A DNA stretch of 64,000 nucleotides from Spirosomataceae bacterium TFI 002 (GTDB lineage Bacteria > Bacteroidota > Bacteroidia > Cytophagales > Spirosomataceae): NCBI GenBank assembly GCA_900230115.1, contig LT907983.1, forward strand, positions 4,198,774-4,262,773. The letters run 5' to 3'. The notes under the pieces were generated by a model. That model was not told where the DNA came from. It saw only the letters and a program-made list of their open reading frames with translations, and ran no database searches. Below, one piece after another: positions 35,361 to 45,064 of the stretch. Numbering within the stretch: position 1 is the first letter of the stretch; each line of letters begins with the position of its first letter. A program made the translations under genes and the position numbers.

Positions 35361-35455
35361 TGAGTGAGCCGCCGTACCGATAGCTATCGGTACGAGACCC
35401 GTACGTACGGTGGTGTGAGAGGCGTACCGAGGGCTTATGGCTCACGGCCGTATAC
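35361..35455. other. GC-rich palindrome-dense non-coding island between convergent genes
   Basis: A perfect 20-bp palindrome gtaccgatagctatcggtac (35374-35393). A perfect 12-bp palindrome ccgtacgtacgg (35399-35410). Repeated cgtaccga motifs. A G/T-rich run precedes it (35307-35350). Confidence 0.6.
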
Positions 35456-35469
35456 TCGATTAGCATCAG

Positions 35470-36132
35470 TTATTTTTTTTGGGCCTGAATCCAATAAAAT
35501 AAAATTCCAGTTAAAATTACTCCAAGTGTCGGCCAGCTCATTCCAGAGTTCGGGTTTATAATTTTATTAATAAGTAGTCCAGAGGCAATTAAAGTCAAGA
35601 TTATTAAAAGCCATTTAAAAGATTTAGTTTGAAAATCAGTTTTACCTTTTTCGATTGCAACTGTATTGCTATGACTAATGCTATTGATGAATTTAGGAAA
35701 CTGGGTTAAGAATTTCTGAAAATCATCTTTCTGAGGAAAGTAAGTATATCGATAAAATTTAAACTGCTGATTGTTTGTCAATGTTAGTCTAAAGGAGTCC
35801 AAACCACGGTCTTCTTGGTTCACATAGTTTATTATTCGATCCCAGCCTAGTTCAATATTAGATTCACGGCTAAGAAAAAATCGTTTAACCCAAATCGTTC
35901 GAAATGCCTCGTCAGTTAGTTCAATCTTAATCTTTCCTCTTGAAAGAATTGTTACTGGAAGTATTGGAGCGAAGAATAAAATTGCAACAGTACCGAAGTT
36001 CACGAAGCTTGGCCATTCTCTCGGAATTAATGTCATCAAGTAAATGGATAAGCCAAAAAAACATATGGCAACTGGAATGGCTCTTACGTTTGAGTTTATA
36101 TTGATTTCGTAGCTTCTCATAATGAATGCCAA
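35470..36132 (-). CDS. Hypothetical integral membrane protein
   Basis: Four predicted TM helices. No recognisable motif. Confidence 0.5.
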   Translation of the reverse strand: MAFIMRSYEININSNVRAIPVAICFFGLSIYLMTLIPREWPSFVNFGTVAILFFAPILPVTILSRGKIKIELTDEAFRTIWVKRFFLSRESNIELGWDRIINYVNQEDRGLDSFRLTLTNNQQFKFYRYTYFPQKDDFQKFLTQFPKFINSISHSNTVAIEKGKTDFQTKSFKWLLIILTLIASGLLINKIINPNSGMSWPTLGVILTGILFYWIQAQKK

Positions 36133-36252
36133 CGTTTTGCAGCTACACGCAGGTGGGGATTTTTAGCACTGAACTTCATTAAAAGTACAGAACTTTGGTT
36201 TAGCACTTCACTTTCATAAAAGTACTGAACCCCCACTTGCGTGTAGGTGCTG

Positions 36253-36951
36253 TTAGTGGCTGGTGTTCTTTTCATTCTTAGGTGTCCTTCCTATAATTAA
36301 TAATATTTCCTGTGCACTTCTATGGTCACCGTCTTTGCCTGCCAACTCTAAATGAAATCGTGCTTTGTCAATATCCTTTTCAATCACTTCGCCTTCTAAA
36401 TAAATTTTACCAATCATATAATTTGCCTCGTCAACTTCATAAGGTGTCACGTTTGGTAAAGTAATTGATTTGAAGATTTCTAATGCTTTCAACTTGTCTT
36501 TAGTTACTCCAACTCCGTAATAATAGCACATTCCAATTGTCAATTCTTGGAAGAATTCTTCATTTCGGTGTGCTCTCTCATAGTAGTCAAAAGCTTTTTC
36601 ATATTCTTGTTTGTTTCTATATTCCAGTCCCAAGCAATAAGTAGCGTAGTTGTTACCATTGTTCATTTCCTCTTCATACAATTTCATACCTAAGTCAATA
36701 TCAAGTATACCAAGTGGGTTATTTCTGTTTGTCAAGTAATGAGCGTAACTGATTTTTGCTTCTTTGTGTCCATTTTCAAAAGCCTTTTTTGTCCAACTGA
36801 AAGCACTTTGTATGTCCTTTTTTACAATTTCAAGGTTATCAATATTCAGTCCGTTTTCATAAACAGTCGCAACTTCAAATTGAGCAGAAGTGTCGCCTAA
36901 GTCTGCCTTTTTCAATAGGTCATTCCATTTTTCAGTTGTAGTTATGTCCAT
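36253..36951 (-). CDS. Sel1/TPR-like repeat protein
   Basis: Repeated ...A...Y..G.GV..D...A..W..KAA..G.... Confidence 0.6.
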   Translation of the reverse strand: MDITTTEKWNDLLKKADLGDTSAQFEVATVYENGLNIDNLEIVKKDIQSAFSWTKKAFENGHKEAKISYAHYLTNRNNPLGILDIDLGMKLYEEEMNNGNNYATYCLGLEYRNKQEYEKAFDYYERAHRNEEFFQELTIGMCYYYGVGVTKDKLKALEIFKSITLPNVTPYEVDEANYMIGKIYLEGEVIEKDIDKARFHLELAGKDGDHRSAQEILLIIGRTPKNEKNTSH

Positions 36952-37412
36952 TTTTCAGATTTTGTTTGTCTGTCACCGGTCTGCTGCGTTATACTTGCCA
37001 CTAACATTTAGGTAGACGTACTTGTCAATTAAATAATTATTTATGCTACCCATTAATTTTGCCCTAAAATAGCCTTTAATTCTCTTTAAAGGTGATTTTA
37101 TGAGTTTTTATTATCGGTTACTAACGGATAATATCGGTTAAGCTTCTTCAATAAAATGCCTTTCTTTTCCTCCTTCGCTTTTACTAGGAGAGTGAATTAG
37201 TGATTTCTAAGATCATCATTTTTAGTCCTTTGAATTTGTAGGTGAGTAGTGTGTCGGTTGTTTTGAGATGCTAGCACTCTATGTCAAAAGTATAAGTTTT
37301 TCTAAGCACACTATCACTCAAGATACCATCAAACTCATAAATAAACCCAACTAAACTTCCCCATCTAAATATTTTCTCTAGTTTTGTATACAGTATTCAA
37401 AATAAATAAATC

Positions 37413-38051
37413 TTGATAGCTCATAAAGACCTAAGTGTTCTAGCTTACGAAAAGCTCAAAGCAAATATTATCAGTGGCAAACTAGCTCCTGGAGAAAAGC
37501 TCGTGCAAGAGAAATTGGCGGCTGACCTAGGCGTAAGTAGAATGCCGCTGCACCGTGCTTTTCAAATGCTAGAATCGGAAATGCTTGTAGAAGCAAAACC
37601 TAGAAGAGGATTTTATGTCCGTAATGTTTCGCTCAATACTTTAATTGAAGCATTTGAATGTAGGGAAGTATTGGAAGGACTCGCTGTAAGGCGAATTGCT
37701 CAGGGTGATAAAGCCCTAGAAATTGGAGAAAAGCTTTGGAACAACTTTAAGAGTTTTGAAGGTCAAGAATCGATAGACGAAGACGCTTACCGTAAAGCTG
37801 ATCAAGTCTTTCACAATTCTTTGATGGATTATGCCGATAACGAGGTACTCAAAAGGTTGAATTCTTTTAGCCATTTCCTTAAGCAATCTTATGTTTTTGG
37901 GTTAGTTCGTGATGTCAAAGAAACTATAATAGAACACAAAGATATTTGCGAAGCAATCAAAAGAAAAGACGCTCGTGAGGCAGAAAGGCTAATAAGAGAG
38001 CATGCAAGTAAATCAATTGAAATAATAAAACAGAAAAATAAACAAGAATGA
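37413..38051 (+). CDS. GntR family transcriptional regulator (FadR/FCD-type C-terminal domain)
   Basis: YEKLKANIISGKLAPGEKLVQEKLAADLGVSRMPLHRAFQMLESEMLVEAKPRRGFYV winged-HTH. TTG start at 37413, so the start is uncertain. Confidence 0.8.
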   Translation: MIAHKDLSVLAYEKLKANIISGKLAPGEKLVQEKLAADLGVSRMPLHRAFQMLESEMLVEAKPRRGFYVRNVSLNTLIEAFECREVLEGLAVRRIAQGDKALEIGEKLWNNFKSFEGQESIDEDAYRKADQVFHNSLMDYADNEVLKRLNSFSHFLKQSYVFGLVRDVKETIIEHKDICEAIKRKDAREAERLIREHASKSIEIIKQKNKQE

Positions 38052-39100
38052 ATTCTCACAAAATTGCCATAGTGAATGGCGACGGAATCGGGCACGAAAT
38101 TGTACCCATGGCAGTAGAAGTAATGAAAAAAGCAGCTGAAAAGTTTGGCTTCAATTTAGAATTGGAGTCGTTTCCTTTTGGTGCTGGTTACTATGAGCAA
38201 CATGGAGATTTCATGACTGAAGATGGACTTGAGGTTTTAAAGAATTTCGATGCGATTCTTTTTGGAGCCGTTGGTTTACCCTCAGTTGATGATACACTGC
38301 CGTTCAAGCTTTTTACAAATAAAGTAAGGACAAATTTTGAGCAATACGTGAACTACCGTCCTGTGAAATTGCTAAGTGGAATTGATAGTCCATTGAGAAC
38401 AAAAACTCAAAAGGATATCGATTTTGTGGTGATAAGAGAAAACAACGAGGGTGAGTTCGTTCAGAATGGGCGTCAAATGTACCCTGATAAGCCTTATGGA
38501 TTTGCCACTGATACTAGTTTGTTTACTAGAGTTGGGATTGAGCGTATTGCTCATTATTCATTCCAATTGGCCCAAAAGAGAAGAAAAAATGTGATCAATG
38601 TGACGAAGTCAAATACGATGATCAATACATTGGCTTATTGGGATAGAGTAATTGCTGAGGTGGCTGATCAATACCCAGATGTAACTTATCGAAAAATGTA
38701 CATCGATGCTGCAACAGCGAACTTTGTGCTACATCCAGAGTATTTTGATGTGGTTTTAACTACAAACATGTTAGGTGATATTTTATCTGATTTGGGTGGT
38801 GCGATCATGGGAAGTTTAGGTTTTGGGCCATCTGGAAACTTGAACCCAACTGGCGAATTTCCAAACATGTACGAGCCTATTCATGGCTCTGCACCAGATA
38901 TTGCTGGCAAAGGAATTGCAAATCCAATTGGTCAGATTTGGTCTGCAGCAATCATGCTGGAACATTTAGGTGAGATTGAAGCTGCAAAAGCGATTGAAGC
39001 GGCAATAAATAAGACAACTGAACAAGGTATATTAACAGGTGATGCTGGCGGAAAAGCAAGTACGCAAGAGGTAGGAGCGGCTATCATCGCTAATCTGTAA
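38048..39100 (+). CDS. Tartrate dehydrogenase / D-malate dehydrogenase (decarboxylating) family enzyme (isocitrate/isopropylmalate DH fold)
   Basis: IAIVNGDGIGHEIVPMAVEVMKKAAEKFGF...FDAILFGAVG...NLNP...GSAPDIAGKGIANP. ATGA overlap with the GntR gene. Confidence 0.75.
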   Translation: MNSHKIAIVNGDGIGHEIVPMAVEVMKKAAEKFGFNLELESFPFGAGYYEQHGDFMTEDGLEVLKNFDAILFGAVGLPSVDDTLPFKLFTNKVRTNFEQYVNYRPVKLLSGIDSPLRTKTQKDIDFVVIRENNEGEFVQNGRQMYPDKPYGFATDTSLFTRVGIERIAHYSFQLAQKRRKNVINVTKSNTMINTLAYWDRVIAEVADQYPDVTYRKMYIDAATANFVLHPEYFDVVLTTNMLGDILSDLGGAIMGSLGFGPSGNLNPTGEFPNMYEPIHGSAPDIAGKGIANPIGQIWSAAIMLEHLGEIEAAKAIEAAINKTTEQGILTGDAGGKASTQEVGAAIIANL

Positions 39101-39106
39101 AATATT

Positions 39107-39745
39107 ATGAAAGTCATCGATCTTACAATGACCTATTCAGACAAGATTGCGGGTTTCTCTCGAAAAGAGGCCCGAAACTTGGAAAACGATGGGTGGAATG
39201 CAAGTGAGTTGACGATCTATTCCCATGCCGGAACTCACATGGATGCTCCTTTTCATTTCGGTGTAAGTGAAGAAACCATAGATAAGGTAGATCCAAAGAA
39301 ATATGTTGGAAGAGCTTGGTTAGTGGATCTGAGCTTTGTGAAAGAAAGCCAACTTTTGCAAGTAAATGACTTTCAACATATGGCATCGAAAATAGAAAAG
39401 GGAGATAGTCTTTTATTAAGAACTGATTGGCACAAAAGACTTGGAACTGACCAATACCGAAATGCCATGCCTCGGATTTCAGAAGAATTGGCAAATTGGA
39501 TGGTTGACAAAGGAGTAAATATGTTAGGTGTGGAGGCACTTTCAGTTGCCGATGTGAACAACCTACCCGAAGTAACCAAAATTCATGAAATATTGCTAGG
39601 TGGAGGAATCACAATAATAGAAGGCTTATGCAATCTAGAATTGATCAAAGAGGAAACTGTGACGCTCATTGCATTGCCAATAAAATTTGAAAATGGGGAC
39701 GGAGCTCCCGCACGAGTTATAGCAATTGAAAACATGCAGATTTAA
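39107..39745 (+). CDS. Cyclase-family protein (kynurenine-formamidase-like metal hydrolase)
   Basis: YSHAGTHMDAPFHF signature. Confidence 0.7.
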   Translation: MKVIDLTMTYSDKIAGFSRKEARNLENDGWNASELTIYSHAGTHMDAPFHFGVSEETIDKVDPKKYVGRAWLVDLSFVKESQLLQVNDFQHMASKIEKGDSLLLRTDWHKRLGTDQYRNAMPRISEELANWMVDKGVNMLGVEALSVADVNNLPEVTKIHEILLGGGITIIEGLCNLELIKEETVTLIALPIKFENGDGAPARVIAIENMQI

Positions 39746-39788
39746 AACTTGATTTTTTACGATTACCTGATTATAAGAAAGTATAACA

Positions 39789-41168
39789 TTGGATTCATTT
39801 ATTCAAACATACCTCGCTGACCATTTCGACTTTCACTTGAAAGCACGATCAGGCTCGTTATTGGATAAAATCAAAAGAAATGTATCCAAAAATCACATTT
39901 ACATCATTTTGGACGATGATCCCACTGGTACGCAGACAGTTCATGACATTGATGTTTACACTTCGTGGGATAATGAAACGCTAACTAGCCTTTTCAACTC
40001 TGGTGAGCAAATTGCTTTTATTTTAACCAATTCAAGAGCATTAACTGAACCCAAGGCGGTTTATATAGCGAGAGAAATTGGTAGGAAAATCAAAAGAATA
40101 GCAGCTAAAACAGGAAAGAGTTTTACAATTGTAAGTAGAGGAGATTCTACCTTGAGAGGACATTTTCCTGCAGAAGTTGATTGTCTATTAGAGGAGCTTG
40201 GTCAACCTGAAGCTATAAAAATGATTGTTCCTGCCTTCTTTCCTGGTGGTCGGTATACTTTTAATGATATCCATTATGTAAAAGAGGGTGAAACATTGAT
40301 TCCTGTTGCGGAAACGCCTTTTGCAAAAGATAAAAGTTTTGGGTTTTCTTCGTCCAATTTGAGAAACTGGGTCATTGAAAAGTATAAAGGTCAAATCGAA
40401 GAAAGTCAGGTTCACAGTATTTCTTTAGAGCAAATTCGAACATTGACTCTCAAGGAGCTAAGTTTTCACATAAATAAGTTGCCAAACGGGAGTTCGTGTA
40501 TCGTGAATGCTACAGAACAAACTGATTTAGAGCAGTTTGTTAAAGCGACTCAATTTGTTAGTCGTCAAGTATTTTTCAGGACTGCGGCATCACTTGTACC
40601 AATTTTGATAGGTCAAAAACAGAGTGACTTATTAAAGAAAAAGGATTTTCAATCCTCCGAAACAAATGGAAGTCTTATCGTTGTGGGTTCTTATGTGCCC
40701 AAAACGACAAGTCAGCTACGCTATTTGATGAAAAAATCTGATATCGAGACACTAGAAATAGATGTCAATCAGCTTTTTGGACGTAATACCAAAGTTTACC
40801 TTGATGCCAAAATTAACTACTGCTCCACTTTAATTGAGAAGGGTAGAGATGTAGTGATTTTCACGAGTAGGGATTTGAAATTTGGAGGCAATCAAAAAAG
40901 AAATTTAAAGATTGGGAAAACAATCTCTACTGCCTTGGTTTCAATTGTATCTGGCTTACAAGTTAAACCAAAAACAATCATTGCAAAAGGAGGCATCACC
41001 TCTAGTGACATTGCAACCAAAGCCCTAAAAATTAAAAAAGCCAGAGTTTTAGGGCAAATTCTTCCTGGTGTACCGGTTTTGCAATTTGGAGAAAATCAAA
41101 AATATATTGTTTTTCCTGGAAACGTAGGAGATGATACAGCATTATACCTAGCCTATAAAAAAATATGA
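39789..41168 (+). CDS. Four-carbon acid sugar kinase family protein (OtnK-like, DUF1537/DUF1357)
   Basis: N-terminal IILDDDPTGTQTV (DDxTG motif). C-terminal KGGITSSDIATKAL...VLGQILPGVPV. Confidence 0.7.
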   Translation: MDSFIQTYLADHFDFHLKARSGSLLDKIKRNVSKNHIYIILDDDPTGTQTVHDIDVYTSWDNETLTSLFNSGEQIAFILTNSRALTEPKAVYIAREIGRKIKRIAAKTGKSFTIVSRGDSTLRGHFPAEVDCLLEELGQPEAIKMIVPAFFPGGRYTFNDIHYVKEGETLIPVAETPFAKDKSFGFSSSNLRNWVIEKYKGQIEESQVHSISLEQIRTLTLKELSFHINKLPNGSSCIVNATEQTDLEQFVKATQFVSRQVFFRTAASLVPILIGQKQSDLLKKKDFQSSETNGSLIVVGSYVPKTTSQLRYLMKKSDIETLEIDVNQLFGRNTKVYLDAKINYCSTLIEKGRDVVIFTSRDLKFGGNQKRNLKIGKTISTALVSIVSGLQVKPKTIIAKGGITSSDIATKALKIKKARVLGQILPGVPVLQFGENQKYIVFPGNVGDDTALYLAYKKI

Positions 41169-42409
41169 AAAAGAGACATTTATTGGTAGTAACTACTTTT
41201 TCACTTACACTGCTCTTATACATTGACAGGGTATGTATTTCAGCAGCAAAAGGACCAATTTCTGATGCTCTTGGTTTAGATGATAAGCAATTTGGCTGGG
41301 TTTTATCTGCATTTGCTTTAGGTTATGCTTTGTTTCAGGCACCAAGTGGGAAGCTAGTGGACAAATACGGGCCAAGAATCGTCATCACTTCTATTGTAAC
41401 AATTTGGTCAGTTCTCACTGCGGTGACGGGTGCAGCATTCAGTTTTGTTAGTTTGCTTACAACAAGATTTTTGTTTGGAGTAGGGGAGGCGGGAGCCTTT
41501 CCGGGTATTGCTAAAAGTACTTATTCTTGGATTCCGCTTCAAGAGCGAGGTATTGTTACTGGAATCAATTTCTCTGGGTCTAGATTAGGTGCAGCATTCG
41601 CCATGCCTTTGATCACGTGGATGATCGCTACTTTCGATTGGCGAAATTCTTTTTATATTTTAGGTTTTGTTGGTGTTTTCTGGGCACTTGTTTGGTATTA
41701 TTGGTTTAGAGACAAGCCTGAAGAACACAGCTCCATATCAAGCACTGAACTCGACTATATCATTGCCAACAGGCAAGATAAAACGATAAAGAAGAAGGCA
41801 TTGATTCCATTTATGAGCCTGATTAAATCCAATAGTGTGTTGTTGGCTATGGGGCAATATTTTAGTAGTAATTATATCAACTTCTTTTGCTTATCATGGC
41901 TTTTCCCATATGTGAAAGAGCGATACGGTTTAAGCATGATGGATGCAGGCTTTCACACCATGTTTCCTTTACTTGCCGGAGCTTTTGGTAATTACTTTTC
42001 AGGTTACTTGGTTGACAAAATATATAACAAGGGCAATTGGAAGCTATCAAGAAGGGTTCCGGCTATAATAGGTTTTAGCTTGGTAATAGTTGGACTCATG
42101 ATTAGTCTCCAAATGGAATCGGTTCAAGGTGCAGTGATATTTCTTTCCTTGGCTGTTTTTGGTGCAGATATGACACTTAGTCCTAGCTGGTCTTACTGTG
42201 TTGATATTGGTAAAGAAAATGCCGGAGCAGTATCAGGAACAATGAACATGGCAGGAAATATTGGCTCGTTTCTCACAGCATTAGCGTTTCCTTATTTGGC
42301 AGATTGGACAGGAACAACCGATACGTTTTTCTATGTGGGTGCAATTTTGGCTCTGTTTGCAATTTTCTGTTGGTTGAAAATGAATCCTCAAAAAAGTTTA
42401 ACAGTATGA
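41165..42409 (+). CDS. MFS transporter (anion/acid-sugar type)
   Basis: Twelve TM helices. A 4-nt overlap with the upstream kinase gene. Confidence 0.8.
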   Translation: MKKRHLLVVTTFSLTLLLYIDRVCISAAKGPISDALGLDDKQFGWVLSAFALGYALFQAPSGKLVDKYGPRIVITSIVTIWSVLTAVTGAAFSFVSLLTTRFLFGVGEAGAFPGIAKSTYSWIPLQERGIVTGINFSGSRLGAAFAMPLITWMIATFDWRNSFYILGFVGVFWALVWYYWFRDKPEEHSSISSTELDYIIANRQDKTIKKKALIPFMSLIKSNSVLLAMGQYFSSNYINFFCLSWLFPYVKERYGLSMMDAGFHTMFPLLAGAFGNYFSGYLVDKIYNKGNWKLSRRVPAIIGFSLVIVGLMISLQMESVQGAVIFLSLAVFGADMTLSPSWSYCVDIGKENAGAVSGTMNMAGNIGSFLTALAFPYLADWTGTTDTFFYVGAILALFAIFCWLKMNPQKSLTV

Positions 42410-43407
42410 AATTGAGAGGAGTAGCAATAGGGGCGGGGTATTTCAGTGATTTTCATTTTGACGCTTGGCAAAGAATGCCAGGAGTTGAAATAATTGGCTT
42501 GTGTGATCAATATGAATCTAAAGCAAAGTCAAAAGCTTTGCAATATGGGATTCCAAACTATTTCACCAGCATTGAGAATATGCTTGAAATGGACGATATT
42601 GACTTTATTGATATCATTACTCCACCTGTCACGCACTACGAACTTGTTAAAAAAGCTGCGGATAAGGGGTTGGCTATAATTTGCCAAAAACCCATTGCTC
42701 CCGATGCAAATGAGGCTGTAGAAATGGTAAACTATGCGAAAAAGCTGAATGTGCCTTTAATGATACATGAGAATTTTCGTTTTCAGCCTTGGCACCGAGA
42801 AATTAAAAAGCTTTTGGATCAAAATCTAATCGGAGAGCTCAACAAGATTACCCACTTCTGCCGCATGGGAGATGGATGGGGTGATGATGCTTATTTAGCA
42901 AGGCAGCCATATTTTCAAGATTATAAGAGATTATTGATCTATGAAACGGGCATTCATTTCATAGATACGTACAGGTTTTTGGCAGGTGAATTCAAAGATG
43001 TATTTGCCAAACTGAGAAGACTCAACCCTGTTATCAAAGGAGAGGATAGTGGAATGATGGTTTTTGAAATGGAAAGTGGCGTGTGGATCACTTGCGATTT
43101 TTCAAGATTTAATGAATCTAATGCGGAAAATGCTCGCTACACTTTTGGTGAGTTTACTTTTGAAGGTTCCAAAGGCACCATAAGGTTATATCCAGATGGT
43201 AATATTACCATTCAGAAATTGGGTGCCAAAGAAACCAAACACAAGTACATGCACAATCAAATAGGCTTTGCAGGTGACTGTGTTTATGCTACTCAAAAGC
43301 ACTTCATAGATTCACTGATCAATAAAACACCATTTGAAACAAGCGGAGAGGATTACTTGAAAAGCTTATCAATTCAAGAAAGGATTTATGCCGCGTGTAG
43401 TATTTAA
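42406..43407 (+). CDS. Gfo/Idh/MocA family oxidoreductase
   Basis: Start at MKLRGVAIGAGYFSDFHFDAWQRM (ATGA overlap with the MFS stop). Rossmann fold plus a GFO_IDH_MocA C-terminal domain. Confidence 0.8.
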   Translation: MKLRGVAIGAGYFSDFHFDAWQRMPGVEIIGLCDQYESKAKSKALQYGIPNYFTSIENMLEMDDIDFIDIITPPVTHYELVKKAADKGLAIICQKPIAPDANEAVEMVNYAKKLNVPLMIHENFRFQPWHREIKKLLDQNLIGELNKITHFCRMGDGWGDDAYLARQPYFQDYKRLLIYETGIHFIDTYRFLAGEFKDVFAKLRRLNPVIKGEDSGMMVFEMESGVWITCDFSRFNESNAENARYTFGEFTFEGSKGTIRLYPDGNITIQKLGAKETKHKYMHNQIGFAGDCVYATQKHFIDSLINKTPFETSGEDYLKSLSIQERIYAACSI

Positions 43408-43415
43408 ACCATTTA

Positions 43416-43763
43416 TTAACAATTTCTACAGTGTTTAATATTTAAGATGTGCCCCAGCACCAAAACTAGGCTTGCGAAGTAGCTTAGGAGTTCAGCAAAC
43501 TCGAAAGTATCTTCTAGTATTATACAAAAGCTAAGTATTGCAAAACCTATCCAAACTAGTAGAAAGATATGGCGAGGAGGTTTAGACTTAGTTGCCTCCC
43601 AAGCTGCTGTAAAACTGACCAGTAAAAACAAATAACTAAGGTTTGCCCACCATTCGTATTTTATAACTAAGACAATCAAAAAAGGAGTCAATATGCAATG
43701 TACCACGCAGAGCGTGGCACTTGCAATTCCCAAATAATTGGAAAAATTGAAGAGATTTTTCAT
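43416..43763 (-). CDS. MerC-domain-like small membrane protein
   Basis: LGIASATLCVVHCILTPFLIVL resembles the MerC N-terminal Cys motif. Four TM helices. C-terminus HCRNC. Confidence 0.5.
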   Translation of the reverse strand: MKNLFNFSNYLGIASATLCVVHCILTPFLIVLVIKYEWWANLSYLFLLVSFTAAWEATKSKPPRHIFLLVWIGFAILSFCIILEDTFEFAELLSYFASLVLVLGHILNIKHCRNC

Positions 43764-43773
43764 ACTGTTAAAC

Positions 43774-44988
43774 TTAATGTATTTCGTTGCTTTCGTATCC
43801 CAATACCGTAATGCTATAAGGTCTATTTGAAACCTTAATTCGCTGTTGTATTGAAGGGTTCTTAATATTCACCATTAATACTTCACCAATTTTCGGTTGA
43901 GTGATGTACGCAAATTTACCGGATACAACCATTTGAGGTTTTTGTGTCTCATCTTTAGCCGTAGCGGCCAATAAAGCGGGATTTGATTTAATTATACCTC
44001 CTGTAAAAATATCTTTGTAAACCATGTCGCCCGAGTGGGATAGGATGGCAATGCGACTATAATCCATGCTTACTTTGGCTTGCATGATATCATTACTTTC
44101 GTGAATAGGTTTAATTTCATTTGTCGTGGTATTGATCAAATAAACTCCCTTTGAGGCTGTGTAGCCAAGAAAATTACCTTGTTTAGATGTTTCCATGATA
44201 GTCCCAAACCACGTTGTGCCAAAATCAGAAGGGTGCGGTATGAACTTTTGATTTCCGTTTTCTTCTACTACCAAAATACCACTAGCAGAGCCGAATACCG
44301 CTGAGTTACCGTCGGTTGCGTTACCGTGAATACCTTCAGTGGCTAATTTTGACTCGTGGATAGTTTTACCGCTTGAGTCGATGATTTTAACTCTTTCGGG
44401 TAGCGTGCCGGGTATACTATTGTCTTTCTCGGTGACAGCATAAGTGCCATTCATAAAATGAGCCATTGCACCATGATGTGCTTTAAGGTTGGCGTTTATT
44501 ACCTGCATTTTTATATCTGGAACGTGTATTTCACTTTCTTTTCCTATAGAAAGTGTACCGTCACCGTCATTGAATGTCAGGATTTCGCCTCTCTTACTTT
44601 TAAAATGGGTTGGTTTAGATGATTGCCCTTCCAATGCTCCAAACTTGGGTGTTCCTTTTACATCAACATGATCGCCATGATTTTCAAGGCCGATATCAAA
44701 GGTTTGCATCATGTCGTTGTCACGGTGGACAATTCCTGCAAATCGACTTGATTCTGTGGTGTAAAGTGCCGATTTTGGATACTGTGCTTGAAAACTTAAA
44801 ACTTCTTTAGAGAAAGGGTTCACAAGTGAAATGTCATTAGTTACTTCATCTGATACTAAAATTCGGATGTGTCGAAACTCTGCATTAGGGTCTTCTTCAG
44901 GATTAACATCTACCGAATTGTTTTCGCATGATGTGATTACAAATAAGGCTGAGGCAGCCAAGGCCAATGGTAAAATTCTTTTAAACAT
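43774..44988 (-). CDS. Hypothetical lipoprotein (possibly a beta-propeller)
   Basis: Lipobox ITSC followed by ENNSV. Gly/Asp-rich repeated strands. Confidence 0.5.
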   Translation of the reverse strand: MFKRILPLALAASALFVITSCENNSVDVNPEEDPNAEFRHIRILVSDEVTNDISLVNPFSKEVLSFQAQYPKSALYTTESSRFAGIVHRDNDMMQTFDIGLENHGDHVDVKGTPKFGALEGQSSKPTHFKSKRGEILTFNDGDGTLSIGKESEIHVPDIKMQVINANLKAHHGAMAHFMNGTYAVTEKDNSIPGTLPERVKIIDSSGKTIHESKLATEGIHGNATDGNSAVFGSASGILVVEENGNQKFIPHPSDFGTTWFGTIMETSKQGNFLGYTASKGVYLINTTTNEIKPIHESNDIMQAKVSMDYSRIAILSHSGDMVYKDIFTGGIIKSNPALLAATAKDETQKPQMVVSGKFAYITQPKIGEVLMVNIKNPSIQQRIKVSNRPYSITVLGYESNEIH

Positions 44989-45009
44989 ATTTATACTTTG
45001 TTTTGTAAA

Positions 45010-45064
45010 TGCAACAATGTTGCAAATATAAAATCAAATAAATCCTAAATGCAACAATGTTGCA
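45010..45064. promoter_or_regulatory. Two copies of the perfect 15-bp palindrome TGCAACAATGTTGCA (putative operator pair) in a divergent promoter region
   Basis: Copies at 45010-45024 and 45050-45064, 40 bp centre to centre. A third half-site-like ggttgcaaaaag lies at 45078-45089. Confidence 0.6.

Noticed and set aside
35361-35455. GC-rich block considered as a possible tRNA
   Set aside because: No T-loop (GTTCNANNC) or acceptor/anticodon-arm geometry. It is dominated by perfect palindromes instead. No tRNA-like sequence was found elsewhere in the window by eye either.
35364-35561. 65-aa ORF covering the GC-rich island
   Set aside because: Arg/Gly/Tyr-rich translation driven by the palindromic GC repeats. 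It overlaps the 3' end of the convergent membrane-protein gene. It is most likely non-coding.
42304-42405. Longer N-terminal extension of the Gfo/Idh/MocA ORF overlapping the MFS gene by 100 nt
   Set aside because: The internal ATG at 42406 gives a canonical Rossmann N-terminus (MKLRGVAIGAGYF) and a 4-nt ATGA coupling. The extension has no homology-like features.
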